A DNA stretch of 64,000 nucleotides from Octopus vulgaris (GCA_951406725.2 OX597815.1:153388001-153452000); one strand, 5' to 3'; shown: positions 39,101-53,089, numbered from the stretch's first letter. A program made the numbers and translations. The notes: generated by a model from the sequence alone, not told the origin.

Positions 39101-42100
39101 AAAGCAAGTGTCTATGTTAAGTGGGGATCTAACAACAAACATTTATAGATAAGGCATAAAGGTTTGTCTAAAGGAAAACTGAAGAAGAACTCTTTTGCAA
39201 GAAGTGATTGCTGATGATGAAATGAAAAGCACTAGTTTAAGAGGATGACAGAGGAGACTGTGGTACTCTGTGCTACATGGGCTTTATCATCACTCACAAG
39301 CAAGTATGACCTGGTAACTTGAACTACACTTTTGTTTATTCTTTTACAAGTAGACAAACAGCTCTTTCAGATCCATCACTCTTGACCTAATAGAATATTT
39401 AAGATGTGACATTTGGAAGGAAAAAAAGCTGCACTAGCAATCGGCTGGTACTCGTTTTCAGTTGATTAGACTGGAACAACATGAAATAATGTGCCTTACC
39501 CAAAGACACAAGCCACTGCTTGGTTCAGGAATTGAACCTATAACCTTATAATCATGAGCTCAACACCCTAACCATTAGGTTACATGTCATGTGGCAGCAC
39601 TAAAAAAAGTATGAAGGTATCAGTTTCTAGGTCTAACTTGCTATGACACAGATGTTAAGTGACATATGCCATTGTACTAGAGAATATACATTAAACTGGT
39701 TTTCTTTTTCATGTGAGCAAGGTAGTTGAACAATGTCTTTTTCAACAACATTAGCAGAGATTGTCTTCAAGTGGCAGTCTCTGGGACTATACCACCACTT
39801 CTTGATGCTCACAGTCTCATTAATATAAAGGTAATAATGTTAGAACATGTAGTTCTTTGTAAACAAGTAATTGCAGACTGGTCCAAAAACTTATGCTAGC
39901 AGCTAGTATATATATGGTAGTTATTGCTTAGTCCTAAGTCCACCCTCCATTTAGCAGACTTATGATATAGTTTAAAGGAAATTTCTAGTCTAATTTCTGC
40001 TATTTCTAGCAGAGAGAGTGACAACATAGGTTTCCTTGTTTGGCTTGAGCAGAGAGTATATTGTAAGGGTTGTTAACCAGTATATTCGATGCACTTCACC
40101 CACTTTCTAACTCAATTATAAACTTCAAATACAACATGGCTGTTTTTATGTACTTTTTGAATTGTCTCATGCTTTTTCTTATACACATGCTTAATGTAAC
40201 TAATGAACTGATCAGTGGATACTATAGTAAAATAGGCAGATAGACAAGGGGACTAGTCTATGGTGTGCAGAATTATACCTGTAAGACCAGCCAGGTTCAG
40301 CTTATCCACGCCACTGTAAAACCAAGAGCCAACACTGTATGTAACTAGAGGATGGAGAGAAGCCAATTTTTACAGAAAGAGTGCATGAATCAGTAATATT
40401 TCTGCTAGAGAAAGAGGAAAGCAAACAGATTTCCATTAATTAATGCCTGAATTAAAAATGGATCCTTTTAATGTTTGTAGAATTTGCAATGAAATGCTAT
40501 TTTCAATTAAATAAAGCTGAGTAGAATTTAAATCCATCTATTCTCTTAATTGAATTTTAGTTATGATATTTAAGAGATTTTCATGAAATATTAGTGTAAC
40601 TATTTAACAACTGAATGTCATCCAGTTTAAAAAAGGTTTCTTTTGAGGCTAATAGTGTTAGCTTTCTTTCCAATAATTACAATAAACCCTAACAGATATA
40701 TTCAACCATCAATGAATCTAAACCACTTCTAATCAGTTAGCAAATGATTTGAAGTAGTTTAATAAAATAGATTTTATTTCCTTAATATCTCTTACAACAA
40801 AACTGTCATAGATACAGGACAACCTGAAACTGGAGTTAGTGGAAATAAAGTGCTTTTGATTACATGCATAAAAAAAATAACTACTGGAATAATTTACATG
40901 CATATGAGTGTAAACTTTAATGTGTTTAAAAATGTAAAAATAGTGTTCGAAAAAAGCACAAAAGTTGAATACATAGAATAAATAAATAAAAACAACTTAA
41001 AATCAGCCAACAGTTATCATAAGCACTTTGTTGCAATATGAAACTATCAAAGAAAGAAGGCCTCTGTTTGGTTCAAAAAGATCTTATTCAATGTAAGTTT
41101 TTAGAGGTCTTTTTCATTTAAACAACTTTTTCTATTCCTTAATTCTTGCTGACTTAAGGAATCTATATTAAATAGATAACGTAAATAAACACCTAACAGA
41201 GAAGTGTCTGTTTTGCTTCAAGTAGCTAAGATGTAATGGTGTAAGAAAAAAAAATACAGGAAATAAAAACAGTTATAAACAAAAACAAATTTATAAAATA
41301 AGAGGTCACTCAATATTTCACTGTATTTAGTGTATAAATTAAATCAATTCACCACATTGAAGGCTTGTTTTAAAAGAAAAAAAAAAATTTTTATTCTATC
41401 TACTATTAGCAAAGGATTTCCTGCAGAACATTTCTTTTGAAATTTGAATATTTGTTTCATTTCTTCAATAACTGAAGCAAAATTTCTACAACACTGGATT
41501 ATAATGGCCATGTCAAGCAATTCAGATATTTGCTTTGTGTTCTTTCAACAGGCTCATAGCACATACCTCAGTACTATCTCAATAAAAAAATAAGGGCTTC
41601 TATTTTCTCTGGTGAATGCTACAAACTACAAGTCTCAAACCCCAAATGAGATTCCTAGTTTTACTTATTTCACTTAAATTGCCAATGTCATTAGTATTTT
41701 ATTTTATTCATGTTCTTAATGCTATAGAAAAAGCACCCAGTACACCCTGTAAAGTGGTAGGCATTAGAAAGGGCATTCAGCCATAAAAATCTTGCCAACG
41801 CAGACACTAGTGACCAACACATCCCTCAGGCTAGTTGGATCCTGCTGAACTATTCAACCCATGCCAGCATGGAATGCAGATGTTTGACGACGATGATGGG
41901 ACAGTCAGAGTAGGCAAGGCATTGCATGTCCACCTGTGTGGGTGGCATTAAAGTAAATGTTCAGTTTGAACATCTGTAAGGAGACTGAATGGCAGGACTT
42001 TCATTCCCCAACAGTCAAATAACATACATTATTGTCATAAGTGAAGACAATTCTGAACCAATAATTCACAAACAACTACTAAGTTACTACACTACGTAAT

Positions 42101-43736
42101 GGGGAAAATGGAATCATTATGATAGTCAAAATAGGACAAAACTTAATGCAATATTTAGTTTCACCTCATAAAATTTTGATTTTGAATCTTTCCAAGGTCA
42201 ATTTTACCTTCCAGTCCTGAAGTTGTTGAAATAAAATACTCAGGTTGACAGAATTGACTGTTCCTTCACCAGAAATTTTGCCTTGGTCACATTGGCCAAT
42301 ACAAAGACTTTGTAAAGCAGAGAGGACTCTTTTGTCTTGCAGGGTACAAATCAATCTCATTACTACCAGTAGTACTATAAAATGAACCCAGTTGTAAAGT
42401 GGTTGGTGAATGAGGAGACAATACAGTCATATGGATTTTTAGTCTTTTCTTAAAGATATGTCAAGCTCTTTAGTGCTGGTGCCATGATAAAATGCACCCA
42501 ATACACTATATAAAATGGTTACATAAAAAGGTATCTAGCCATAGAAACCATAGTAAATGTAAAAACGTTTGATTGAAATGTAGTCTCCTGACCTATCTAT
42601 GGTGATAATGACCTTAAATAAGAACTGTCTTAAACTATGACAACCAGTCTAATATATATGAACATAGAAAGTGAATACATATTGATAATGACGATGCCTA
42701 TTCATTGATTCAGTCATATATTAAGTTTAGAAAATATTGCTCCAAGGCAGAGCCAATATTTTAAAAACAGAAAGGAAAAAAAAATCAGTAAAAAAAAGCT
42801 ATTACTGCAAATCTACTTTCAAGTCTAGAATAGCTTCAGTAGAGTTGAGTACGCATAACCTTAACAGGATGAGACAACAATGGTTTCTGATTTTGTTACA
42901 TGACCATGAATTTGAGGAGAGTATTGTAGTCAATTGAGTCAACCATATTTTCTAAATAGTACTTATTTTATTAATACTAAGGATAAATGGTTAGTGGGAT
43001 TTGAACTCAGAATAAAGAAAGAAGTAATCTCAAGACAAATACTCTCAGTCAACCATGCTACCATTTCCACCAATTTAGTACTCTCGTATTACTAGTGACA
43101 AAATCAAGTCAGCATGGGAGCTTCTATGCAGTCACATAACTGACTAGAAATAGAAGTCAAATCTCTCTCAGATCACATCCCGCCGTCTTTAAAAAAAATG
43201 GAGAGGTCATAAAATAACAATATAGCGCAGGATACTTTCTGACAAAAAGATTAGATGGCCATAAGTGTATGAAGGTCATTTAGTCCAAGCCAAATAACAA
43301 TACTAATCTCTTATTAAACTAACATTGCTGACTGATAAAAAAAAAAAAAACCAGCAAGACTCAGTGATTCTAATCCTAATATATCACAACAGAGAGATTT
43401 ACCATTTAGTCTTCTAAGTAGCCACATCATTTCAGGCTCTATATTGGTTTCAAATTTTGGCACAAGGCCAGAAATTTTGAGAGAGGGAGTAAGTCAGCTA
43501 CATCTACCCCAGTGCTCAACTGGTACCTATTTTATCAACCCTGAAAGGGGATGCAAAGTAAAGTCAACGTTAAGATGGATGAAATGCTACTAAGCATTTT
43601 GCCCTGGTGTGCTAACAACTGCCAGCTCACAGTCTTACTTCAGGCTCTACATTAGCAACAGCAAAAGAAAAGAATATCTGACAAGACCACAATCTGTTTG
43701 TAGTTACAACACAAAATATAGTTTAATTTCCTTAAA

Positions 43737-43968
43737 CCCTTTAGCAATCAGATTACTCTGTCAAATGTATTATTTATTCACATTGTTCGCAATTCACGTG
43801 GATTCAAATTAATCATGCATTATCTGATAGCTTTGAGATTTCAATAATGTGATTATTTATTTTTAGAATGACATTGTTGGGTAGGTGTGAGAGGCAGGAT
43901 CTGGTCAGTTTGAACATAAAACAGATAGAATATTTGCACCACATACGACTGGTTTAAATGCTAAAGGG
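43737..43968. mobile_element. piggyBac-like MITE (~232 bp)
   Basis: TIRs CCCTTTAGCA...TGCTAAAGGG. TTAA on the right (43969-43972) and TAAA on the left. Confidence 0.8.
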
Positions 43969-44347
43969 TTAAAGAACATCAGCTAAGAATCACATCCTAA
44001 TTACAAGCATAGTTTACTAATTTACATTTAATTAAAATCAACCTGTACCAGAATAGGAAAACATTTAGTTGAAAAATTATCTTGGTGAAATTCTTCAATT
44101 ATAAAGTAAATTAGAAAATCTAAACTCTAAATATGAGCAATAGATTTTAATGAGCTGTTATTCTACAATATGACTGACCCACAGCAAAAATAAGAAGAGT
44201 AATTTCTGTCTATATTAATTATGAGAAGTGGAATTTCTAATAATAACCTACAACATAACAATTAACCATATCTGTTTCCTTCTTAGCTATCATAGTTGAG
44301 GTTATTGATTAGCCATGCTCTAGCTATTTACTACTGAACTATATATA

Positions 44348-45662
44348 TCATCATCATTTAACGTCCGTTTTCCATGCTAGTATGGGTTGGATGGTTCAAC
44401 CAGAGTCTGGGAAGACAGAAGCCTGCACCAGGCTCCAGTTTGATCTGGCAGTGTTACTACAGCTGGATACCCTTCCTAACGCCAACCACTCTATGAGTGT
44501 AGTGGGTGCTTTTTACATGCCACGGCACAGGGGCCAAAGGAGGCTGGCAACGGCCACGATCAGTTGGTGCTTTTTACGTGCCACCGGTCAAAGTGGCACT
44601 GGCATCGGCAACATCTAGATGGTGTTTTTTATGTGCCACTGGCATGGGTATCACAACTACAATTTCCATTTGATTTTTATTTTGATGTACTTGACTCAAT
44701 AGGTCTCCTCAAGCACAGCAGGTTCACCTACAATCCAAGGTAAGCACAGCAGGCCGTCCTGTGAGCCAGGAGCTCACTTCATTTGTTGGGTCTTTGCAGT
44801 CACAACGTATCTCCATAGGTCTCAGTCTTTTGTCATTGCCTCTATGAGGCCCAACGTTCGAAGGTCATGCTTGACCACCTCATCCCATGTCTTCCTGGGT
44901 CTACCTCTACCCTGGATTCCTTCATCTGTTTGGAACTGGCACTTCTTCACACATCTCTCCTCATCCATCCACAGTACATGACCATACATCTCTCCTGCAC
45001 ACCACATCCGATGCTTCTTATGTCCAACATCTCTCTCATGGTGTTTACACTGTCGTGCGTGCACACTGACATTACAAATCTAGCGGATCATGCTAGCTTC
45101 ATTTCTTTCGAGTCTACACATGTCCTCCGCAGTCACGGCCCATGTTTCACTGCTGTGAAGCATGGCATTTCACACACATGCGTCATACAATCTACCTTTC
45201 AATCTGAGCGAGAAACCCTTTGTTGCCAGTAGGGGAAGAAGCTTTCTAAATTTTGCCAAGGCTATTCTTATTCTAGTGGTAACACTCTCTGAACATCAAC
45301 CCCCACTATTAACTCAGTCACCTAGTAGTGGAAGCTATCAACTACTTCTAGTTTCTCTCCCTGGAGTGTGATGGAATCTGTTTTCTGAGTATCTGTAGTG
45401 TCTATTGCCCCTGTGCATCTGCCGCATACGAAAGCTATCTTCTCAGTTAGTTTTCCTTTGATGTTGCTGCACCTCTTATTTGTCCATAGCTTACACTGGG
45501 CATCTTATGGAGTTTCAACCTACACCTTTTCTACAGATCGAGCAGGGCCACCCACCTGAGGAGGTGTGTGATGAGTTCGCCTTCTTACTAACTAGAACTT
45601 TGGTCTTTGCTACATTGACTCTAACGCCTTTTGATTCTAAACCTAGCTTCCACACCTGGAAT

Positions 45663-45664
<2 letters not shown>
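44348..45664 (-). mobile_element. 5'-truncated RTE LINE: ORF remnant plus module-bearing 3' UTR, between TA runs
   Basis: Minus-strand pieces include WKLGLESKGVRVNVAKTKVL, RIALAKF and GHVLWMDEERCVKKC...GRGRPRKTWDEVVKHDLRTLGL (stop at 44822). The tail is (ATG)n. Confidence 0.9.
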
Positions 45665-45699
<35 letters not shown>

Positions 45700-46575
45700 T
45701 ATATATACATACATATATATATATATGATAGTGTGTGTGTGTTTCATGGACTTTCAGATAAGGAAGCAGGATGGCTCATAACTTATGAATCTACCCACCA
45801 CCACCACACACACACAAACACACAAGCCAATTTGATCAATGTGGTTGGGATTCCATTGGTCTATGTCTATAGGAAAAAATGTGGATGGGAAGAGAATTCC
45901 AGAAAATAGTAGTTCTGAAGAAGTAAAATCAAGCAACCAATTTTACTTCTTCATGATTGCAGTGGAGGAGGTGAAACAGGTGTGTAAGTAATTATAGCAT
46001 GTTAATGAAAGTTTGCTAATTACTCAGATTAATTTTTTCTGGATGCAATCTAGAATTAAGTAGCAGCTGTCTGCTTCCCTCCATCCAACAAAATTGGATA
46101 AATTGCAGGAGACATGGGAGGTTTAAGTTGGAAATTGATAAATTTGAGTCTGAGATTATCAAATATGAAATTTAAGAGCACCAGCACTTGACAGTTGCTA
46201 TCCTCAATAAGAAAAGATTAAGGATCCTCTTGCTCCTATTGTCTCCACTCATTCACCAACCATTTTGCAACAAGGTACATTTTGTGTTTGTACCACTAGT
46301 AATGAGATTGTCATGTACCCTGCAAGACAAAAGGGTCCTCATTTCTTTACAGTCTTTGTACAAGCTGATATGATTAAGGCTCACAGCAAAACATTTTGGG
46401 GGAGGGAACAATCAATTCTATCAATTCCAAAACTTGGTTTTTGATTCCATAACAATGGAAGGTAAAAATTGACCTTAAAATTTTGAAAACATATTTTTCT
46501 GAAATTAACTCAAAGTTTGTTAATATTAGAAATATTATAGGGTGCCATACTCAGAGCTCATAGAGTGCCGTACTA

Positions 46576-47625
46576 TACTCTTTACTCTTACTTGTTTCAG
46601 TCATTTGACTGCGGCCATGCTGAAGCACCACCTTTAATCGAGCAACTCTACCCCGGGACTTATTCTTTTGTAAGGCCAGTACTTATTCTATCAGTCTCTT
46701 TTGCCGAACCGCTAAGTAACAGGGACATAAACACACCAGCATCGGTTGTCAAGCAATGCTAGGGGGACAAACACAGACACACAAACGCATATATATATAT
46801 ACATACATATATGAATGCCTTTCCTCCCTTGGACACAAAGACCGGTTGAGGCAAGCGAAGTCGATATAGAACCTCATCCGACGACAGACACCCATGCCAA
46901 CCCCCCATGCTTGCGAAGACATGTTGGGGCAAGCGAAATCGAAATCGAAACCGAATTGAACCAGCCAGGATCCCTGGCCTGGTGGTACGTAAAAAGCACT
47001 ATCCGACTCGTGGCCGTGGCACGTAAAATACTCCAATGCGACCGTACGACAGGCACCCTTGCCAACCCCCTTTGCTTGTGAAGACATGTTGGGGCAAGCG
47101 AAATCGAAATCGAATTGAACCAGCCAGGATCCCTGGTCTGGTGGTACGTAAAAAGCACTATCCGACTCGTGGCCGATGCCAGCACCGCCTCGACTGGCTT
47201 CCGTGCCGGTGGCACATAAAATACACCAATCTGACCGTGGCCGTTGCCAGCCCCGCCTGGCACCTGTGCAGGTGGCACGTAAAAAGCACCCACTACACTC
47301 ACGGAGTGGTTGGCGTTAGGAAGGGCATCAAGCTGTAGAAACATTGCCAGATTAGACTGGAGCCTGGTGCAGCCTTCTGGCTTCCCAGAACCCCGGTCGA
47401 ACCGTCCAACCCATGCTAGCATGGAGAACGGACGTTAAACGACGATGATGATGATGATATACGACGGGCTTCTTTCAGTTTCCATCTACCAAATCTACTC
47501 ACAAGGCATTGGTCGGACCAAGGCTATAGTAGAAGACACTTGCCTAAGGTGCCACACAGTGGGACTGAACCTGGAACCATGTGGTTGGTAAACAAGCTAC
47601 TTACCACACAGCCACTCCTGCACCT
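46576..47625 (-). mobile_element. Full-length antisense SINE A interrupted in its TA microsatellite by a family-C insertion
   Basis: SINE 3' half at 46576-46810 and 5' half at 47458-47625. Confidence 0.88.
46814..47457 (+). mobile_element. Young CpG-rich RTE-family 3' UTR fragment with an internal ~110-bp duplication and five modules
   Basis: 46900-47017 is repeated at 47065-47175. (GAT)n tail. Probable TSD ATATATGA/ATATACGA. Confidence 0.85.
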
Positions 47626-48207
47626 ATATGAATTTAGTTTTGTTACTCTACGTTCTGGGTTCAAATCTTTCCAGAATTATTGTATCCTCAAATTTGACAA
47701 GACACACCAGTAATATACTGGATTGTTCAATATTACAAGTAGAGCAATTAAACCTTATACAATAGAGGTAGGCTCACATCTAGTTTTAATTTCTGCTTAA
47801 TAAGCCCGAAACTTTGAGGATATGTAATGAACGAACACACACACACGTATATTGTAACTGTACAGTAATAGTGAAAGTTAGAATCCATGGATTATACTTA
47901 AATCCCATTGGAAGCAGTGCCTGGTTTCCTTAGGTGGAGTATACTATTTCCTATACTGAGAAGACCAAGGAGCTCCCCAACCCAATTTCATGACTATACT
48001 TTTTTAATTATTTGGAGAAGGAGGTGTAGTAATCACAGTATTTACAAACCATGGACTCATGATGCCAATGCATTTTATGTTTAACTTAAACTTCTTCAGG
48101 TTGATATTTTGGGAGAGGAAGGAGTTGAACACTGCAATGCAGATTGTTAGCTCGAATCCTTTATTTCAATAATGGTACATCTTGCTAACGAGGAGTAGTA
48201 GTAGTAT

Positions 48208-48273
<66 letters not shown>

Positions 48274-48660
48274 CAGTAGTAATAATGGGAGAGGTGAAAC
48301 AGAGGTTGAGTGTGTTAATAATTGTAGCATGCCGAATGAAAAGTTTGCCATTCAATTGGATTAACTTTTTCTGGATACAATCTAGAATGTCTGATTGAAT
48401 AGCAACAGCCTGGTCCCACAAGGCTGAGCTGTTATTTAGAATTTATGAACTGTGAAGAATAAATGCAGTCTTTGAGAAATAGCTTTGAACTGTGTTATAG
48501 ATTAGTATTTGGACTAAGTTTGCTTATTTCTTAATACTATACAGGATGATCAATTCTGAACTTAAATATAAATCATAAATGCATGTACAAATATCAAGAT
48601 AAATTTAAAACATGCCTGGACAAGAAGAAAAGGAATTTGCAAAGTATATGGCAGGTGAAA

Positions 48661-49057
48661 TCATCATCATCATCATCGTTTAATGTCCACTTTCCATGCT
48701 AGCATGGATTGGACAATTTGACTGAGGACTGGTGAACCAGATGGCTGCACCAGGCTCCAATCTGATCTGGCAGAGTTTCTACAGCTGAATGCTCTTCCAA
48801 ACGCCAACCACTCCGAGAGTGTAGTGGGTGCTTTTACATGCCACCAGCACGAGGGCCAGTCAGGTGGTACTGGCAACAGCCACGCTCAAATGGTGTTTTT
48901 CACGTGCCACCTGCACAGGAGCCAGTCCAGCAGCACTAGCAACGACCTTGCTCGAATGGTTTTTCATGTGCCACAGGCACAAGTACCAGTAAGATGACGC
49001 TGGTAACGATCACGCTTGAATGGTGCTTTTTTACATGCCACCGGCACAGAAGCCAGT
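48661..49057 (-). mobile_element. Family-C RTE 3' UTR fragment with four ~65-nt modules
   Basis: GGTGCTTTTACATGCCACC-like cores at ~48827, 48892, 48958 and 49022. The (CAT)n start corresponds to the (ATG)n tail. Confidence 0.88.
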
Positions 49058-49698
49058 TAAATAGTTAAGCAAATTCAACATGTCTATTGGCCTCATTTAT
49101 CTTATTCAGTTTTCTAAGGCTAACCCTACTTACATTGCTCACAGCTATCTTGATCTTTTTTAATACTCCAGGAACTAATCAGAACAGTGTATTGTTGCAT
49201 TGTTTGAAATCTCTATTATTGTTTTCTGGTTGGGAAATCACACCTAATAAGCTATTTAATCTCCTGAAAGGAAATGAAAGAATTATTTATTTATCTTATT
49301 ATATAAAATAATGTTTGTTATTTAATCCCTGTTTATATATGTACAACAATTTAGGGCATTTTCACTAAATGTATTAAACATAATTTAAAAGGACAGTCAC
49401 ATTTGAAACAGTTTCTCTGATATAGTGCTGAATGCACCATAGCCACCACAAAAAAAAAAATCTCAATGAAGCTACAAGAAATAGATACCTTAGCATGTTC
49501 AGCAGTTTATATCATAATACTAGATAAAGAAAATTTAGGTTCATATTGCAACTTTCTGTGTGGTCAATAATGAAATAATAGTTTCATGCAGAATTTTAGT
49601 CAATACTAACAAATTTTGAAAGATTTATATTGATTTTTATTTTATGTAAACCAAATTCTGTTAAAATATGAGTAAATTGCTAAATAAAACTATCTTAC

Positions 49699-49780
49699 CT
49701 ATTTCGGGCTAAGAAAGATCTTTTGGGTTGTTGGTCAATTGCCAAATTTTGTGTTTTGCGTGATGCATCTCTTTGCCTTT
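49699..49780 (-). CDS. FAM219A: FAM219-family protein, internal exon (E-RQRDASRKTQNLAIDQQPKRSFLARN-R)
   Basis: tgttttgtag|AAAGGCAAAG...CGAAATAG|gtaaga. 82 nt, phase 1 to 2. Matches EKQRELARK...VNQQPKKNNVMARTR of FAM219A. Too short for the ORF track. Confidence 0.9.
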
Positions 49781-52700
49781 CTACAAAACAATGGAGAACA
49801 AAAAATGGAAAGGTAAAAGTGATTTACAAGAAAAAACAAAGAAAAATGTATGAGAAATTGGGAAGAATTTTTGAAGTAGGCTAGATGCAAAATAAAGATA
49901 AGCTAAAAGGTAACAATTCCTTTTGGTAATCATTAAAAGGAAATTGAAAAATATCACAAACATTTCTCTCCCCTCACCCCGTCTTCTCTCCTTTTGCACT
50001 CTCCTAAACTTACCTGTTCTCACTATCTCTTTCACCTTACCAAACCCTCTGTAACAACACTTCACTCATATTAGCCACCCTGTAACTTGAGGATATGCCC
50101 TAACACATCTTCACTACAATCCTCTCTCTCTCTCCTTCTTCTCAACTGGGGCAGCTCTTTATCTCCCCTACAGCATGACACCTTCCCCTTGTCTGGCACA
50201 AAGCCACTTCCCTCAATACTACTTCTCCTTCCCCCTTAGTTGAAGGGGTCTTGTCTTGCAAGTTACTTGGTGACCTCACCAGTGCTGGTGCCACATATAA
50301 GGCATCCCAGTATACTTTGGCATTAGGAAGGGCATCCAGCCATAAAACCATGCCAAAGCAGATAATGGAGCTTGGCACAGTCCTCTGGCTTACCAGCTCT
50401 AGTCAAAATGTCTAACTCATGCCAGGATATAAAACAGACATTAAGTGGTGGTGGTGATGATGATGATTCAAACAAGTGGTGGTGGTGATGACAATGATTC
50501 AAACAACAGACACATACACAATTATACCATTGCTGTCTATTTTTACATTTCCTGCACCATTTATAAACACAGTGCAACTGTCAAGTTTACATTTATTTTG
50601 AAAAACAATAATCAACTCCACATTATATTTTCCAGCACATAGTGTTTCAGTTCTTATGAAACACTATGTAGTTACAGATCTCCACATGGAAATAAGCTTA
50701 TAGCTCTTACATAAAATTCCTAATAAGAAAATTACTCTACATACATTGCTTCTTGGGAAGTATTGTAAAAATACATGTATATTTTGCAATTTTTTTTTTT
50801 TTTTTTTGCAGAAACCAACCACAAAAAAAAATGAACATGAAGTACCTGAAATACTGGCATTAATCAATAAACACACATTATTATAGTGACAATCACACAG
50901 AACTAATGTTTAATTACATTGTTAACTATGTTTATAAGACTGCTATTGTTATTAGCTAATTGTCTATTCAATTACAATTAAGCAAGTCTCTTGGGTAATA
51001 GAACTTGGCACTGACAATTTACTATTTCTTTTTTTTTTTTTTTTTTTTTTTCTTAGAAATTGATGATGGAAAAGAATTTCATTTTAATTATTTATATTGA
51101 ACACATCCATTTCTGAAATTAATTTTAAAAAATAATTGCTATCTATTATAATATACTGAAAGGACTGGAGTTAACCAGGTCAACAATCATTTTTTTTTTT
51201 TTCTTACAGTTAATGTAAAACTGACAAATAGGTCAATAGCTTGCAATGCTTGCATCAATTCCTGTTATGGTTTGAAAAAGCCATTCCAATACTAACCATC
51301 TTACTCCCAAACTCTGGTTTTCATTACAACAGCTCATCCCACTTATGATGCACAGCCAATCCTTAATTTGATACAAATTCTCCCCAAATATTTCTACTTT
51401 TTATCATTTGCCTACAGGGTAGTGGTTCTTGATCATGTATAGCTCAGCATCCTCTTTTACTGAGTGGCATTTTACAAATCTCCTCATGGCATGTTTTGCA
51501 AATATAATTGTAGGGCCAAATAGTTGATTACATCAACCCCAGAGCTCAACTAGTACTTATTTATTTAACTCTGAAAGAATGAAAAACAAAGTTGGTCTTG
51601 GCAAAATTTGAACTCAAAATATAAAAAGCCAGGAGTGCTGCAAAGCATTGTCTGATGTGCTAATGATTCTGCCAGATCATCACCTTCAGTTTTACAAATA
51701 ACAAAAAAAAATTGTTTTAAACAGAAACTAATTTTACAATGTGGTTTACAACCCATATTTTATCAGTCTCACCCAACATGTATCATTTCTTAGATATTTG
51801 TACAGATTAGTACTTCAAAGGTTAAATTTTTATGGAAATTTTTAAAGAAAGTGAGGACTTATATAATGAAATTATGTTGGACCTTAGCAAATCATCAATC
51901 AGGTTTTCTGCTCATGGGTAACACAACATGCATGATCCTGATAAAGATGTTTTTAAAAATGTGTTTTAAGTATTGACCCAACTTCAAATATTTTATTTCT
52001 ATAAGAAAAGATCACTCTAAATGTCCTTTACACATCACAGTGTCCCTTGACAGCACAAAACACTCCCAAGGGGGTGCTACTGTTTAGATTAAGAACCCCT
52101 GTTCTTGGGTGCGATCCATTCCACAGAGCTCAGTACTTACTGCCATCAGAAAGAAAGAAGGCAAAGTGGACATGAGAATGTAATTGTTGTGTCAAAAGAA
52201 AAGGCTCTACACCTTCAATACTCAGTGGAACTGCACTTGTTTGGATGAATAAGAACAATAGTGTTAACATTAAGATTTAATAGTCTTTGAAGATTGTGGG
52301 AAAAGAAAAAAAAATTAGAGGAAGGAAGTAAGGAAGGAAGGAATCACATGTAGGGCTTAGTGTAGAGTTTAAGTAGACAGAAACAGACAAAAGATATGAC
52401 AAGGACATGCAGTGGATGGAAACTATGGCAAGGATATGTAATGCAAGGCTTTTGTCAACTCATGACAATTGTAGAGGACATATGTCCAAAATACCACACA
52501 GTGGGATCAAACTTGGAATTACAGGATTGTGAAGCAAATTTAACCACACAGTCATGTCCATCTCTCTAATACATATTATAGAAAAAGAAAGAACTGGGAG
52601 GAAATGATTAGTTCAGATCTGACAATGTTCAGCTACACATTAAAGAAGGACATGGTGACACAAGACATATGGAAACAACGTTTGAGCTTCAATTTGTCCA

Positions 52701-53089
52701 TACTAGTATGGAAAAGTGCTGCTAAAACAGTGACAGTGATGATGATGATGATATTGAATTAAGAGTTTCTGAATTCAGGTGATTAGTGTTGAGATTTCAC
52801 ACAAATTTTAGACAAGAAGTTTGCAATGTCATACTTAGCTGATTTGTTGAAAGCTTTGTTAATACCATGTATAACAGTTTTTAGTTTTCTGAAGTCAGAG
52901 ATCAGTTCTATTAGATTGGTATTTTATAATTCTTATTGACAGCCACAAGAGAAGTAGGTTAAGGAAAGAGAGAAGGGGAAAGGAGATATATATATATATA
53001 TTACTAATATGTTTCTTTACTTCAACGATGTGGTGGGCAGTAATCAGTAGTGAGACATGTTTTATTTGAATGACTGACTAAACATTTTA

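Noticed and set aside
46874-47422. 182-aa ORF, the longest in the track
   Set aside because: It is an antisense reading of the repetitive RTE 3' UTR, with no protein motif.
48820-49057. CRISPR-like repeat-spacer appearance of the 65-bp arrays
   Set aside because: The spacers are homologous to each other, the repeats are degenerate, there are no cas genes, and the arrays are part of a eukaryotic LINE 3' UTR.
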